NCBI GenBank assembly: GCA_944386695.1
Contig: CALXCB010000003.1
Coordinates: forward strand, 1-53,790
Source: an uncultured Clostridia bacterium
Lineage (GTDB): Bacteria > Bacillota > Clostridia > TANB77 > CAG-508
Length of the DNA: 53,790 nt
Direction: 5' to 3'
The notes below the pieces were generated by a model that saw only the letters and a list, made by a program, of their open reading frames with translations, searched no databases and was not told where the DNA came from. Below are positions 39,032 to 48,200 of the stretch, in pieces. The position numbers were made by a program, and so were the translations under genes. Each line of letters opens with the position of its first letter. Positions within the stretch are counted from its first letter, which is position 1.

Positions 39032-39785
39032 CTCCTAGAAGTGCTAATACATCTAATATTTCATTATAAAAGTCTTTTCTTTGTTTTTCGCCTTTTTCTA
39101 TTTTATTAAAAATTTTACCATCTTTTAAAAATAATATCTTATCACAATAGCTAGCTGATAATGGATCATGTGTTACCATTAATATAGTTGCTTTCATCTT
39201 TTTGTTCATTTCTTCCATTATTTCTAACAGTTGTCTAGCTGATTTACTATCTAAACTTCCTGTTGGCTCATCTGCTAATATTATTTTTGGATTATTTACA
39301 ATTGCTCTTGCCGAAGCACATCTTTGTTTTTGACCTCCTGATACTTGATATGGATATTTGTTTAAAATGTCTTCTATTCCTAGTTTTTTTGAAATTTCTA
39401 ATATCTTTTTATCTATTTCTTTTTCTGCTACTTTGTTTATTGTTAAAATTAATGCAATATTTTCTTCTATTGTTAAAGTGTCTAACAAATTAAAATCTTG
39501 GAAAATAAATCCTAAATTTTCTCTCCTAAATTTCGCTATGTTTTCTTCTTTTATTTCTGTTATGTCTTGATTTTCTAAATAAATATGTCCTGAACTTACT
39601 GTATCTATTGTTGAGATACAATTTAAAAGTGTTGTTTTACCACTTCCACTTGCTCCCATTATTCCTATGAATTCTCCCTCTTCTACATCGAAACTAATTC
39701 CATCTATAGCTTTTGTTATATTATCTTTATTACCATAGTATTTTTGTATATTTTCTACTTTTAATATCTTTTTCAAGATTACCAC
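39009..39785 (-). CDS. ABC transporter ATP-binding protein (BceA/MacB-type)
   Basis: Walker A GASGSGKTTLLN, signature VSGGQKQR, Walker B ILADEPTGSLD. Confidence 0.92.
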   Translation of the reverse strand: MVILKKILKVENIQKYYGNKDNITKAIDGISFDVEEGEFIGIMGASGSGKTTLLNCISTIDTVSSGHIYLENQDITEIKEENIAKFRRENLGFIFQDFNLLDTLTIEENIALILTINKVAEKEIDKKILEISKKLGIEDILNKYPYQVSGGQKQRCASARAIVNNPKIILADEPTGSLDSKSARQLLEIMEEMNKKMKATILMVTHDPLSASYCDKILFLKDGKIFNKIEKGEKQRKDFYNEILDVLALLGGDARDVR

Positions 39786-39879
39786 TCCCTTTTCTTTTAA
39801 CTATGTTAATTATACTCTGTTTTTTTCTAGTTTCATATAGAAGTAGTTTAAAATAATCTTACAATTTTGTAAGATTTTT

Positions 39880-39967
39880 CAAAAGGGTCGTTTCTTTTCG
39901 CAAAAGGGTCGGTTCCTTTTGCAAAAGGAACCGACCCCAATGGTACCTATCGCCCCAATCGTCATCA
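39880..39967. repeat. Intergenic-repeat cluster with a perfect 32-bp palindrome (39906..39937)
   Basis: caaaagggtcgtttcttttcg, then GGGTCGGTTCCTTTTG/CAAAAGGAACCGACCC, then ccccaatgg...cgccccaatcg. Confidence 0.92.
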
Positions 39968-39976
39968 ACTTAGTAC

Positions 39977-40858
39977 CTATTGCATTATTAATTCATATTC
40001 TCTTGTTCCAAATCCTAATTCTGCTGCTGCATCTATTGTATGTGTGCCATTTCTTGAATTAACTCTTTCTAAGAAATGTTCTTTTCCTTCATCATTTGAG
40101 TTCTTTACCAAATCTATGCATGCTTGATCTATTGCAACTGGATCTAAAGATGCTAATATTCCTATATCTTTCATACAAGGATCTTCTGCCACTGCACAAC
40201 AATCACAATCAACTGACATATTACACATAATATTTATAAATATCATATTTCCTTTAAAATAATCCACCACTGATGATGCTGCATCTGCCATTGATTCTAG
40301 GAATAGGTTTTGCTCTGGCAAATTATCCCATACTATTGTTTGATCTTTTGTTTTTCCTGCTGAATGTATCCAAGCTTTTCCTTCTGATGAAGCACATCCT
40401 ATTGATAATTGTTTTAATGCTCCTCCATATCCTCCCATTGGATGCCCTTTAAAATGTGATAATACTAACATTGAATCATAATTTACTATATTCTTTCCTA
40501 AATAGTTTTCTTTTATAACTTTTCCATTTGGTATTTTAAGTTCTAAATCTGGTCCTTCTGCGTCCATAAGATCAACATCAAAATATTTGTTCCAACCATG
40601 AGCTTCTATTAATTTTTTATGCTTTTGGGTACTATTTCTTTCTCCTTCATATGCTGTATTACATTCTACCACTGTTCCTTTTACATATTCTACTATCTTT
40701 TTTACCATTTCAGGTCTTATATAGTTCTGATTTCCTTGCTCTCCTGAATGTAGCTTTACTGCAACTTTTCCTGGTAATTTTTTTCCTACAACATCATACA
40801 TCTTGACAATGTTTTCTGGAGTAATTTCTTTGCAAAAATATACTTTTGATTTTTCCAT
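39977..40858 (-). CDS. DUF362 domain protein
   Basis: VAVKLHSGEQGNQNYIRPEMV and VLSHFKGHPMGGYGGALKQLSIGCAS match the remembered DUF362 pattern. Confidence 0.65.
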   Translation of the reverse strand: MEKSKVYFCKEITPENIVKMYDVVGKKLPGKVAVKLHSGEQGNQNYIRPEMVKKIVEYVKGTVVECNTAYEGERNSTQKHKKLIEAHGWNKYFDVDLMDAEGPDLELKIPNGKVIKENYLGKNIVNYDSMLVLSHFKGHPMGGYGGALKQLSIGCASSEGKAWIHSAGKTKDQTIVWDNLPEQNLFLESMADAASSVVDYFKGNMIFINIMCNMSVDCDCCAVAEDPCMKDIGILASLDPVAIDQACIDLVKNSNDEGKEHFLERVNSRNGTHTIDAAAELGFGTREYELIMQ

Positions 40859-40949
40859 TTAAAATCATCCCTTTCTTAAAATACATTTTTTGTATTATAT
40901 CATACCACAATTAAAACTGCAAACATATATCATATAAATGAAATAGCTG

Positions 40950-40980
40950 AAAGAGAATTCCCCAATAAGAAATTCTCTTT
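40950..40980 (-). terminator. Hairpin downstream of the 232-aa gene
   Basis: aaagagaatt (40950..40959) pairs with aattctcttt (40971..40980). The flanks are only moderately T-rich. Confidence 0.4.
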
Positions 40981-40992
40981 TCTTTGTAAATA

Positions 40993-41691
40993 TTATTGTA
41001 ACTCTTCAATTAATTGATCATATTGACTAGATAAACTCTCATTACTGAACAGAATTGTACCATCTTCCACTTCCCAATTATCTGCATTTGCTATAAGAAA
41101 ATCAATTACTCCTTCAGAAATATTTAAAATTTCAATTATATCATCAATTGAATCTGTTACTGTTTGATCTTCGTTTCCACTTTCTATATCTCCTACTAGC
41201 TCTTGCTTATATAAATCTGTATAGTAACTATCTAATCCTTTATCATTTATATATGACATTGCTTTCTCTTCTGTAAAGAATTCTGAATAATCTGCTTTAC
41301 ATCTCTCTAATTCTTCTCTTGTTGAAGCAATATACTCTTTAGTTTTTGTAAATTCTTTTCCATCTTCAATGTAATTTTCAGGTGTCACAATATTTACAAG
41401 CCTCTCATCATTTAGTATTTCAGCTATTTTAATAGTAGTGTCAAAATTGTCTTTTAAATATTCTTTAAATGATTGTTCAACTATTGCATAATCTCCTTTT
41501 GTAACTGTTTGTTCTAATTTTACATTTATTGCATTCATATCTATATTTTCAGAATTTGCTAGCTGATTTAATTCATCTAATTCTATTTTTAATTTTTCTT
41601 CTTGCTGTATATCTGTATATACTAAATATCCAAAAATGCTAAGTAATACAACTATTAGTACAGCAACAATAATTAATATTTTCTTTTTCAT
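40993..41691 (-). CDS. Membrane-anchored hypothetical protein (acidic, helical)
   Basis: Single N-terminal TM (ILIIVAVLIVVLLSIFGYLVY). RBS agaggagga. No recognisable catalytic motif. Confidence 0.6.
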   Translation of the reverse strand: MKKKILIIVAVLIVVLLSIFGYLVYTDIQQEEKLKIELDELNQLANSENIDMNAINVKLEQTVTKGDYAIVEQSFKEYLKDNFDTTIKIAEILNDERLVNIVTPENYIEDGKEFTKTKEYIASTREELERCKADYSEFFTEEKAMSYINDKGLDSYYTDLYKQELVGDIESGNEDQTVTDSIDDIIEILNISEGVIDFLIANADNWEVEDGTILFSNESLSSQYDQLIEELQ

Positions 41692-41715
41692 TTTAAACTA
41701 TCCTCCTCTTATTTT

Positions 41716-41800
41716 CATTGGGACCATTTGGACCGGTTCTTTTTGGTTCCGGAACCAAAAAGAACCGGTCCAAATGGCTCCCTGGCTCCTTGGCTCCTTA
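41716..41800. repeat. Intergenic-repeat cluster with a perfect 52-bp palindrome (41725..41776) and GGCTCC short repeats
   Basis: CATTTGGACCGGTTCTTTTTGGTTCC/GGAACCAAAAAGAACCGGTCCAAATG, followed by gctccctggctccttggctcc. Confidence 0.92.
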
Positions 41801-41809
41801 ACTCCTAAA

Positions 41810-42538
41810 TCAATTTAAATTTTCAACTTTTACTCTCTCTGCTTTTACAATATATCTTTGAGTATTTACTCTATAAGGGTGACAAGTAATTAATGTAACA
41901 ATATCTTTAGCAGGTTGGATCGCTAATTCATCAATTGCATCTGGAGTCACTAATTTTATTTCATATACTACATATAGCAGTTCTTCTCTAAAATTTTGTA
42001 TATATATTTTATCTCCATTTTCTAATTTATCTATATGCCTAAACAGTTGAGCCCCTCCATATCCTCTATGTGCTGCAATTACAGAATTTGTATTGTTTCC
42101 ACCTATAGGGTATGAAGTTTCTGTAAGATGAACTGCTCCTTTTCGCATATTTGTTGAATTTGCTCCAAGTATAATTGGAAGCTCTATTCCCATTTTAGGT
42201 ATTTTTATATAACCTATAGTGTTATCTTGTATTCCATATTCACTTAAATCTATTGTTGGTTGTTCATAAGAAAATGGATCTACTAAGTTTGATTGTTCAC
42301 TTTTGTATAACCATTCATTTCTTTCTTGTAAGTCTTTATATAGCTTATCTAAAAGACTTTCTTCTTGTTGGTCTTCTGATACTTTTTTTATAAAATCTTC
42401 TTTGTCTTTTTCTACGTTTTTTTCAAATAAAAAGTTGCTTATAGCTGGAAAACATATTAACCCTATTCCTATAAGAATTAATAATATAGCTAAAATCATT
42501 AATATATTTTTACTTCTTTTTTTCTTCATGTTTCCCAC
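41810..42538 (-). CDS. Class C (pilus-assembly) sortase
   Basis: N-terminal TM, lid-like DPF (LVDPFSYE), AAHRG His motif and TLITCHP Cys motif. Confidence 0.8.
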   Translation of the reverse strand: MGNMKKKRSKNILMILAILLILIGIGLICFPAISNFLFEKNVEKDKEDFIKKVSEDQQEESLLDKLYKDLQERNEWLYKSEQSNLVDPFSYEQPTIDLSEYGIQDNTIGYIKIPKMGIELPIILGANSTNMRKGAVHLTETSYPIGGNNTNSVIAAHRGYGGAQLFRHIDKLENGDKIYIQNFREELLYVVYEIKLVTPDAIDELAIQPAKDIVTLITCHPYRVNTQRYIVKAERVKVENLN

Positions 42539-43400
42539 CTCTTTTATTTCCTACAACTTTTATTATTATACCTAATATAATTATTGTTATTATAAATATT
42601 GTTATTCCTATTAATATTCCTCTTAAATAATAGTTTTTATGTTTAGGTGTTGTATCGCCTTGAGAGTTTTCTGTAAGACCTATTTTAGTATATTCCATAT
42701 ATTCTGATCTTTTTGCTTTCACAAGTAATCTATGTGTATTTACACCATATGGAGTACATGTTACAAGTGTTATATAATCTTCCCCGTTTGTAATTTGTAA
42801 TTCATCTATTTCATCAGGCAATATTACTTTTGTTTCATATATTACATATGTTAAAAGTTGATCTAATACATGTATATAGAAAAAGTCTCCTACAACAAGT
42901 TCGTCAATTTTGGTAAATAATTCAGCACTTGGCAGACCTGTATGCCCTGTAAGTACTGAGTGAGTTGACGTTCCTCCTATTGGCAATGATGTAGATTCTA
43001 TATGTCCAACCCCTTTTTGTAGAACTTCTTCGCTTGTACCATGATAAATTGGTAAATATACTGATATTTTTGGTATCTCTATATATGCCATTATTCCATC
43101 ATCAGTTATATTTAATACCTCTTTATAATTTTCAGGCAACGCATATCCACTACCTTCCACAAATGGGTCATGAACTGGATCTCCTGCTAAATTCTCATTA
43201 TATTCTTGTGCTTTTTCTAATTCTGCTTTCATTTCTTCTTCATTAGTTTGCTCTATTTTTTCATCATATGTTCTAATTGCTGTTGTTTGATTTTTAGTGG
43301 CAAAATAATTACTTACTGTAGGATAAAGAAATATTCCTACCCCTACTAGCATGAATAAAAAAGAAACTATTAACAAAATTTTGTCTGTTTTGCTTTTCAT
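42510..43400 (-). CDS. Class C (pilus-assembly) sortase with C-terminal membrane anchor
   Basis: DPF lid (VHDPFVEG), LTGHTG, TLVTCTPYGVNTHRLLV and a C-terminal TM (ILIGITIFIITIIILGIII). Confidence 0.85.
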   Translation of the reverse strand: MKSKTDKILLIVSFLFMLVGVGIFLYPTVSNYFATKNQTTAIRTYDEKIEQTNEEEMKAELEKAQEYNENLAGDPVHDPFVEGSGYALPENYKEVLNITDDGIMAYIEIPKISVYLPIYHGTSEEVLQKGVGHIESTSLPIGGTSTHSVLTGHTGLPSAELFTKIDELVVGDFFYIHVLDQLLTYVIYETKVILPDEIDELQITNGEDYITLVTCTPYGVNTHRLLVKAKRSEYMEYTKIGLTENSQGDTTPKHKNYYLRGILIGITIFIITIIILGIIIKVVGNKRGGKHEEKKK

Positions 43401-43479
43401 TTATTGGCTCCTTGCTTTATATATTTAAAAGGTGGAGTATTAATGAACTTACCCCACCGTTTTATTATATCATATTAAT

Positions 43480-45051
43480 TTATTTTGTTGCACGATTTTT
43501 TTTGAATATTACCATTAATAATGTTATTCCAAGTCCAGCTACTACTATACCTGTTGCAACAAATATTACTGTTCCCATACCACCTGTTACAGGTAATTGG
43601 AATCCTTCGCTGTTTTCAAAATTAGTTGTATATACTCCTGTGTCACCGTCATCAAGTATTCCATTTAAATCATCATCTGTTATTACTATAGGTATTGGTT
43701 CTGTAGCAAGGTTATATCCATCTGGTGCTTTTGTTTCTTTTAAACTATATGTTCCTGCATCCAAACCTATTATTGTTAATTTACCTTGGCTATCTACAAC
43801 TAATGTTTGTGTTGCACCACTACCTTGGTTTGCTAAGCAATATACTCCATCTGATATTCTTACAAAGTATTGAACATCTGAACCTATTGAAAGGTTGAAT
43901 TCTGCTCCTGGCAATTTAGTAGCAGGTGCACCTTTTTTGATTTTTGTAATTTCTGCAGCATATGTGTATACTTTATCTGAACTTTCTTGTGTTTGATAAC
44001 TTCCTGTAACATAAGGGTTATTACTATAATCTAAATATGCATTGTTTTCATTTCCTGTACTTCCTATTGTTACAGAAGCATCTTTGTTTAATGTTGCAGT
44101 ATATGTTACTTTTATTTGGTCATAACCTTTAATTTCATCATAATTAAAATCTAATAAGAAATCTACATCTTTTTCTGTACCTGTTGGTCTTTGAGCATCT
44201 TCTGTTGTTATTTCATATTCATCTTGTTCTGTTAAGTCAAAGTCAGTTGGATTTGAACCATTCATACCATAAACTTTAATTGAAGATGTATCTATTGTAC
44301 CATTTGCAAATTTATCACTTATGTAATAATTTTTTGCTAAAGCATCTTCTAAATAATTTGGTACATCTGCTACTACTGTAAATGTCATTGAATCTTTTGT
44401 ACTATAATTGTCTTTTGTTTTTGTATCGTCTGTTATTGTTTTTGTTATTGTAGGTGTTTCTGATTTTGACTCAACACTTTGTGTTGTTTCATTTAATACC
44501 CACTCACTTCCAGAAAATTCAGGTAATAAGTTTACTGCTGCAGGTGAATATACTCTATAACCATTTTCTACTAAGATTAGGTATGTACCCATTGCATAGC
44601 CAGTAAATTTAACTGTCTCATTTGGATCTGTTACTGGATAACTTGCTGTACCTGGTACTGTTTTTGTCTCTATAGCTGTAAAGTCTGCTATTTCTCCTCC
44701 TTTTATAGCAGCTGCTAAGTCACTATAAAATTTTTTTGCTTCTGTAGAATCTGATTTTACAGCACCTGCAAAATCTTCTACTGAATTATAAGCTGAGTAA
44801 TTAGTATTTACCCAATCTGCTATTTCTGTAACCCATGTATATGGTGTTGATGTTGGTTGACCGTTATCTGCAATATGTACATCTGTTAATCTGTAAATTG
44901 ATACGTTAACTCCTGCCTCTAGTTCTGAGACTGTAATTGTTCCTGTTGTACTTCCTGTAACTGCTGCATATGAATATGTACCAAATGTCATAGCTAGTAA
45001 CATTAATACTATACCCATTGCTAAAATTTTGAAAAATGTTTTTGTTTTCAT
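43480..45051 (-). CDS. LPXTG-anchored pilin (probable shaft subunit)
   Basis: Signal peptide, E-box-like YSLKETKAPDGYNL, and sorting signal QLPVTGG plus hydrophobic stretch plus KKNRATK. Confidence 0.8.
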   Translation of the reverse strand: MKTKTFFKILAMGIVLMLLAMTFGTYSYAAVTGSTTGTITVSELEAGVNVSIYRLTDVHIADNGQPTSTPYTWVTEIADWVNTNYSAYNSVEDFAGAVKSDSTEAKKFYSDLAAAIKGGEIADFTAIETKTVPGTASYPVTDPNETVKFTGYAMGTYLILVENGYRVYSPAAVNLLPEFSGSEWVLNETTQSVESKSETPTITKTITDDTKTKDNYSTKDSMTFTVVADVPNYLEDALAKNYYISDKFANGTIDTSSIKVYGMNGSNPTDFDLTEQDEYEITTEDAQRPTGTEKDVDFLLDFNYDEIKGYDQIKVTYTATLNKDASVTIGSTGNENNAYLDYSNNPYVTGSYQTQESSDKVYTYAAEITKIKKGAPATKLPGAEFNLSIGSDVQYFVRISDGVYCLANQGSGATQTLVVDSQGKLTIIGLDAGTYSLKETKAPDGYNLATEPIPIVITDDDLNGILDDGDTGVYTTNFENSEGFQLPVTGGMGTVIFVATGIVVAGLGITLLMVIFKKNRATK

Positions 45052-45263
45052 TTTTTCACTCTTCCTTTCTTTTTTTATTTTTATAAATTTATAATTTTAA
45101 AATTTTAATAACTTAATCCAACGTGCTTTTTACAACTGCTTAAATTTTTCTATTTTGCTGCACGATTTTTGTATTATTATTAATTTTATATTTTGTAACT
45201 TTTTCAGATCTTCTTGGTGCTATTACAGCACCAAGGTTTTCTGAATTTTACATTATAGTTTTA

Positions 45264-48200
45264 TTAATGTTTACCTTTTCTTCTAGATCTTCTTGCATGT
45301 CTTTTGCCCTTACTGCTTAAATTCATGCCTTTTGCTAAAAGGAATTTTCTACCTACAAATACTGTAGCTCCTAATAATGCTATTACCAATCCTATTTGAT
45401 AGATTGTATCTATTCCTAGACCACCACTTGAAGGAATTTGATAAAGCTCTCTATTTGGAAGATCTAAACTACCATCTTCAGCTATTGCAATTGCTGGTGG
45501 ATTTCCTATTGCTGTTATTCTTACTTTAGTTCCGTTTACGTCTGTTATTGTTTCATCATTTTCATCATATTGTCCATAAACAAACTCTATTTTCCATTGT
45601 CCATCTGCAAGTAGTCTTCCATCTGATGCTTTTGTTTCTACAAGTCTATATTCTGATGTGATTGGTAAGTTTTGTAATCTTAGTAATCCTGTATCAGGTG
45701 TTGTATAATTTCCAACAACTTCCCAATTGTCACCTGGTGCATCTGTATCAATTAAGTCGTTATTTCCTGCTGTTTTAGCCTTGTATAATGTAAACTCTGT
45801 TCCTCCTAATGTTACATCATGATCTTCTTCTGCTACTTTAGTAATTGTAATATTACCTTTCTTGATATCATAATAATATGTCACTACTGTATCTTCTTCT
45901 ATTGTACCTTTAGCATTTTCTGGTGTACCTACAAGTTCATAAATATCATAATCTATTTTATCTTCACTTGCTTGAGTAGTCTCATATGAAGTACCTTTCT
46001 TGTATCCTTCTGTAAATTCATCTGGTACTGTACTTCCGTCATCTGTTCCTTTTAATGGTACTGATGTTTCTGTTCCTGCTAGATAATGGTGTACTGTTAA
46101 TGTGTATGTTTTTTCTTTATAATAGTAATTTACAATTTCTTTGTGTCCAGATACATATGTGCCTGTACTATTGTCTGGAACATAGTAATCTGTTGCAACT
46201 AATCCTTCTGGAACATTTCCTTCTCCATAGTAATCTTCATTTGTTATTACTACATATTCTATATCTGTTTTTGGTGATGTTGTATATGTCTTGCCTACAT
46301 CGTCTATATAAGACTCACTATCTGCTACTTTTTCTGTTGTTGTTCCACTTTCTTCTGTCCATAAGTAGTGATTTACTTCAACTGTTGCTTTTGTATTACT
46401 AAATTCTACAACTATATGTTTATCTTCTAATACATTTTCAAATATTGGTAATGTTACAATACCATTTTCATCTGATGCGAAATCTGTGTATTTTTCCCCA
46501 TTTATTGTTATAGATGCTACTGTATATCCTGGATCTGGTGTTATTTTTATTTCGTTTACTGAATCTTCTCCATATTTAACAGTTTCCACATAACGTATTC
46601 CGTCTTTTGAATATGTTACACCATCTACTGTGATATCAACTTGTCCGTCAATATCTCCTCCTGCAACTTCTACACCATCTTCTAAGTGTTTTTTAACTTC
46701 TGTTGTGACTTTAAATGTTTTTACTTTATTTTCTACTTCTAGACTCTGTAATGTTGGTACTTCTGCTGCTGCAATTCCTTCTACTGCTACAAATCCATCA
46801 AAGTTTCCTTTAACATTAGTGCTTAAAGTTGTTTCTGTTCCTGATTGTGCCTTTGCTTTATTACTTGATGCTGTCAATGTTGATGAACTAAAGAATCCTG
46901 CTGTAACATAACTTCCATTTGGTGTTTCTCCAACTGCTAGAACACCATCATATCCATCACCATAATATCTTGTTGATGCTTCAACTTGATCATCTGCATT
47001 TAGTTTTACTAAAAATCCGTCTGATGTGTATGAACCTGATACAGTTGTAAAGTCAAATATTCCTGTTGTTGCCCCATCTCTATCTATATCTAGTCCACTC
47101 GAAGAGTAATACCATCCACCAAGTAGTATTCCACCATCTGATGTTACTTTTACATCTGCTATATAATCATCATAGTTACTGCTGCTACTTTCTAGTCCTG
47201 CTATTGTGTATATAATTTCATTATATGTTCCATCATTTGAGAAATCTATTAGAGCTGAATCATATACTGAATTTTTTGGATTTGAACTAACAATTGTTGT
47301 TGCTGTTCCTCCATCTTTGCTTGTTGAGACTGTAGATGCATACTCTACTGCTGCTACTATATGATCATTTTCATCTGTTGTAAGTGCTGATATTTCTAAG
47401 TTATACGATGAACTTGGTTTTAATAAATTATTCCAAGAATATGTTCCATCTAGTGTGTATCCTACAAGGAATCCACTTGTATAAGATGAAGACGCTGCTG
47501 CTATTGATGCTGATCTATCTGTATTCAAATACATTGTACTCATTCCATCGCCTGCAACTACAATTCCTGCTGTTGTTTCTGTAATTGCTGTTGCTTCATC
47601 ATCATAACTTCCTCCAATGCTTTGACTCCATTTATATTGACCACTTGAAGAATATGCTGCTACAAAACCGCTCATTTTTCCTGGGTTTGTAAATGAGTCT
47701 GCAACTGTTGTACTGCCAGTACTATAGAAATTGAATGTATCACTATAATATTTACCTACTACTACTATATCTTGTGCACTTGTTTGAATTACAGACATTA
47801 TTTCTTCATCTGCTAATCCTCCAAATCTTGCACCCCATACGTAATTTCCACTAGAATCAAGTTTTATTATAACTGCATCTTTATGTGCTAAATTTGCTTC
47901 TTTTCCAGTTTTTGAAAGTGCTGCAACTACATTGCCGTCATATTTTACTGTTGAACTTGATACATAACCAACTACTGCATAACCACCATCTTGTGTTTGA
48001 ACAAGCTTTGTTAATGCATCATCATCTGAACCTCCAAAGCTTTTAGCCCAAGTATAATTTCCATCTGAGTCATATGCAACTATTAATCCGTCGTCTCCAC
48101 CTTCTGATGTTTTATCTATTGTTCCATCTTTGTTTATGTCTATTCCTTCCACTGTATTAGCATTTACATCTGTTGAATATTTAGAGAATGAACCTACTCC

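Noticed and set aside
45196-45232. Hairpin cttggtgc-tgtaata-gcaccaag after the adhesin gene as an intrinsic terminator
   Set aside because: The stem is good, but no U-tract follows on the minus strand. The pilin gene is probably co-transcribed, so this was not listed as a terminator.
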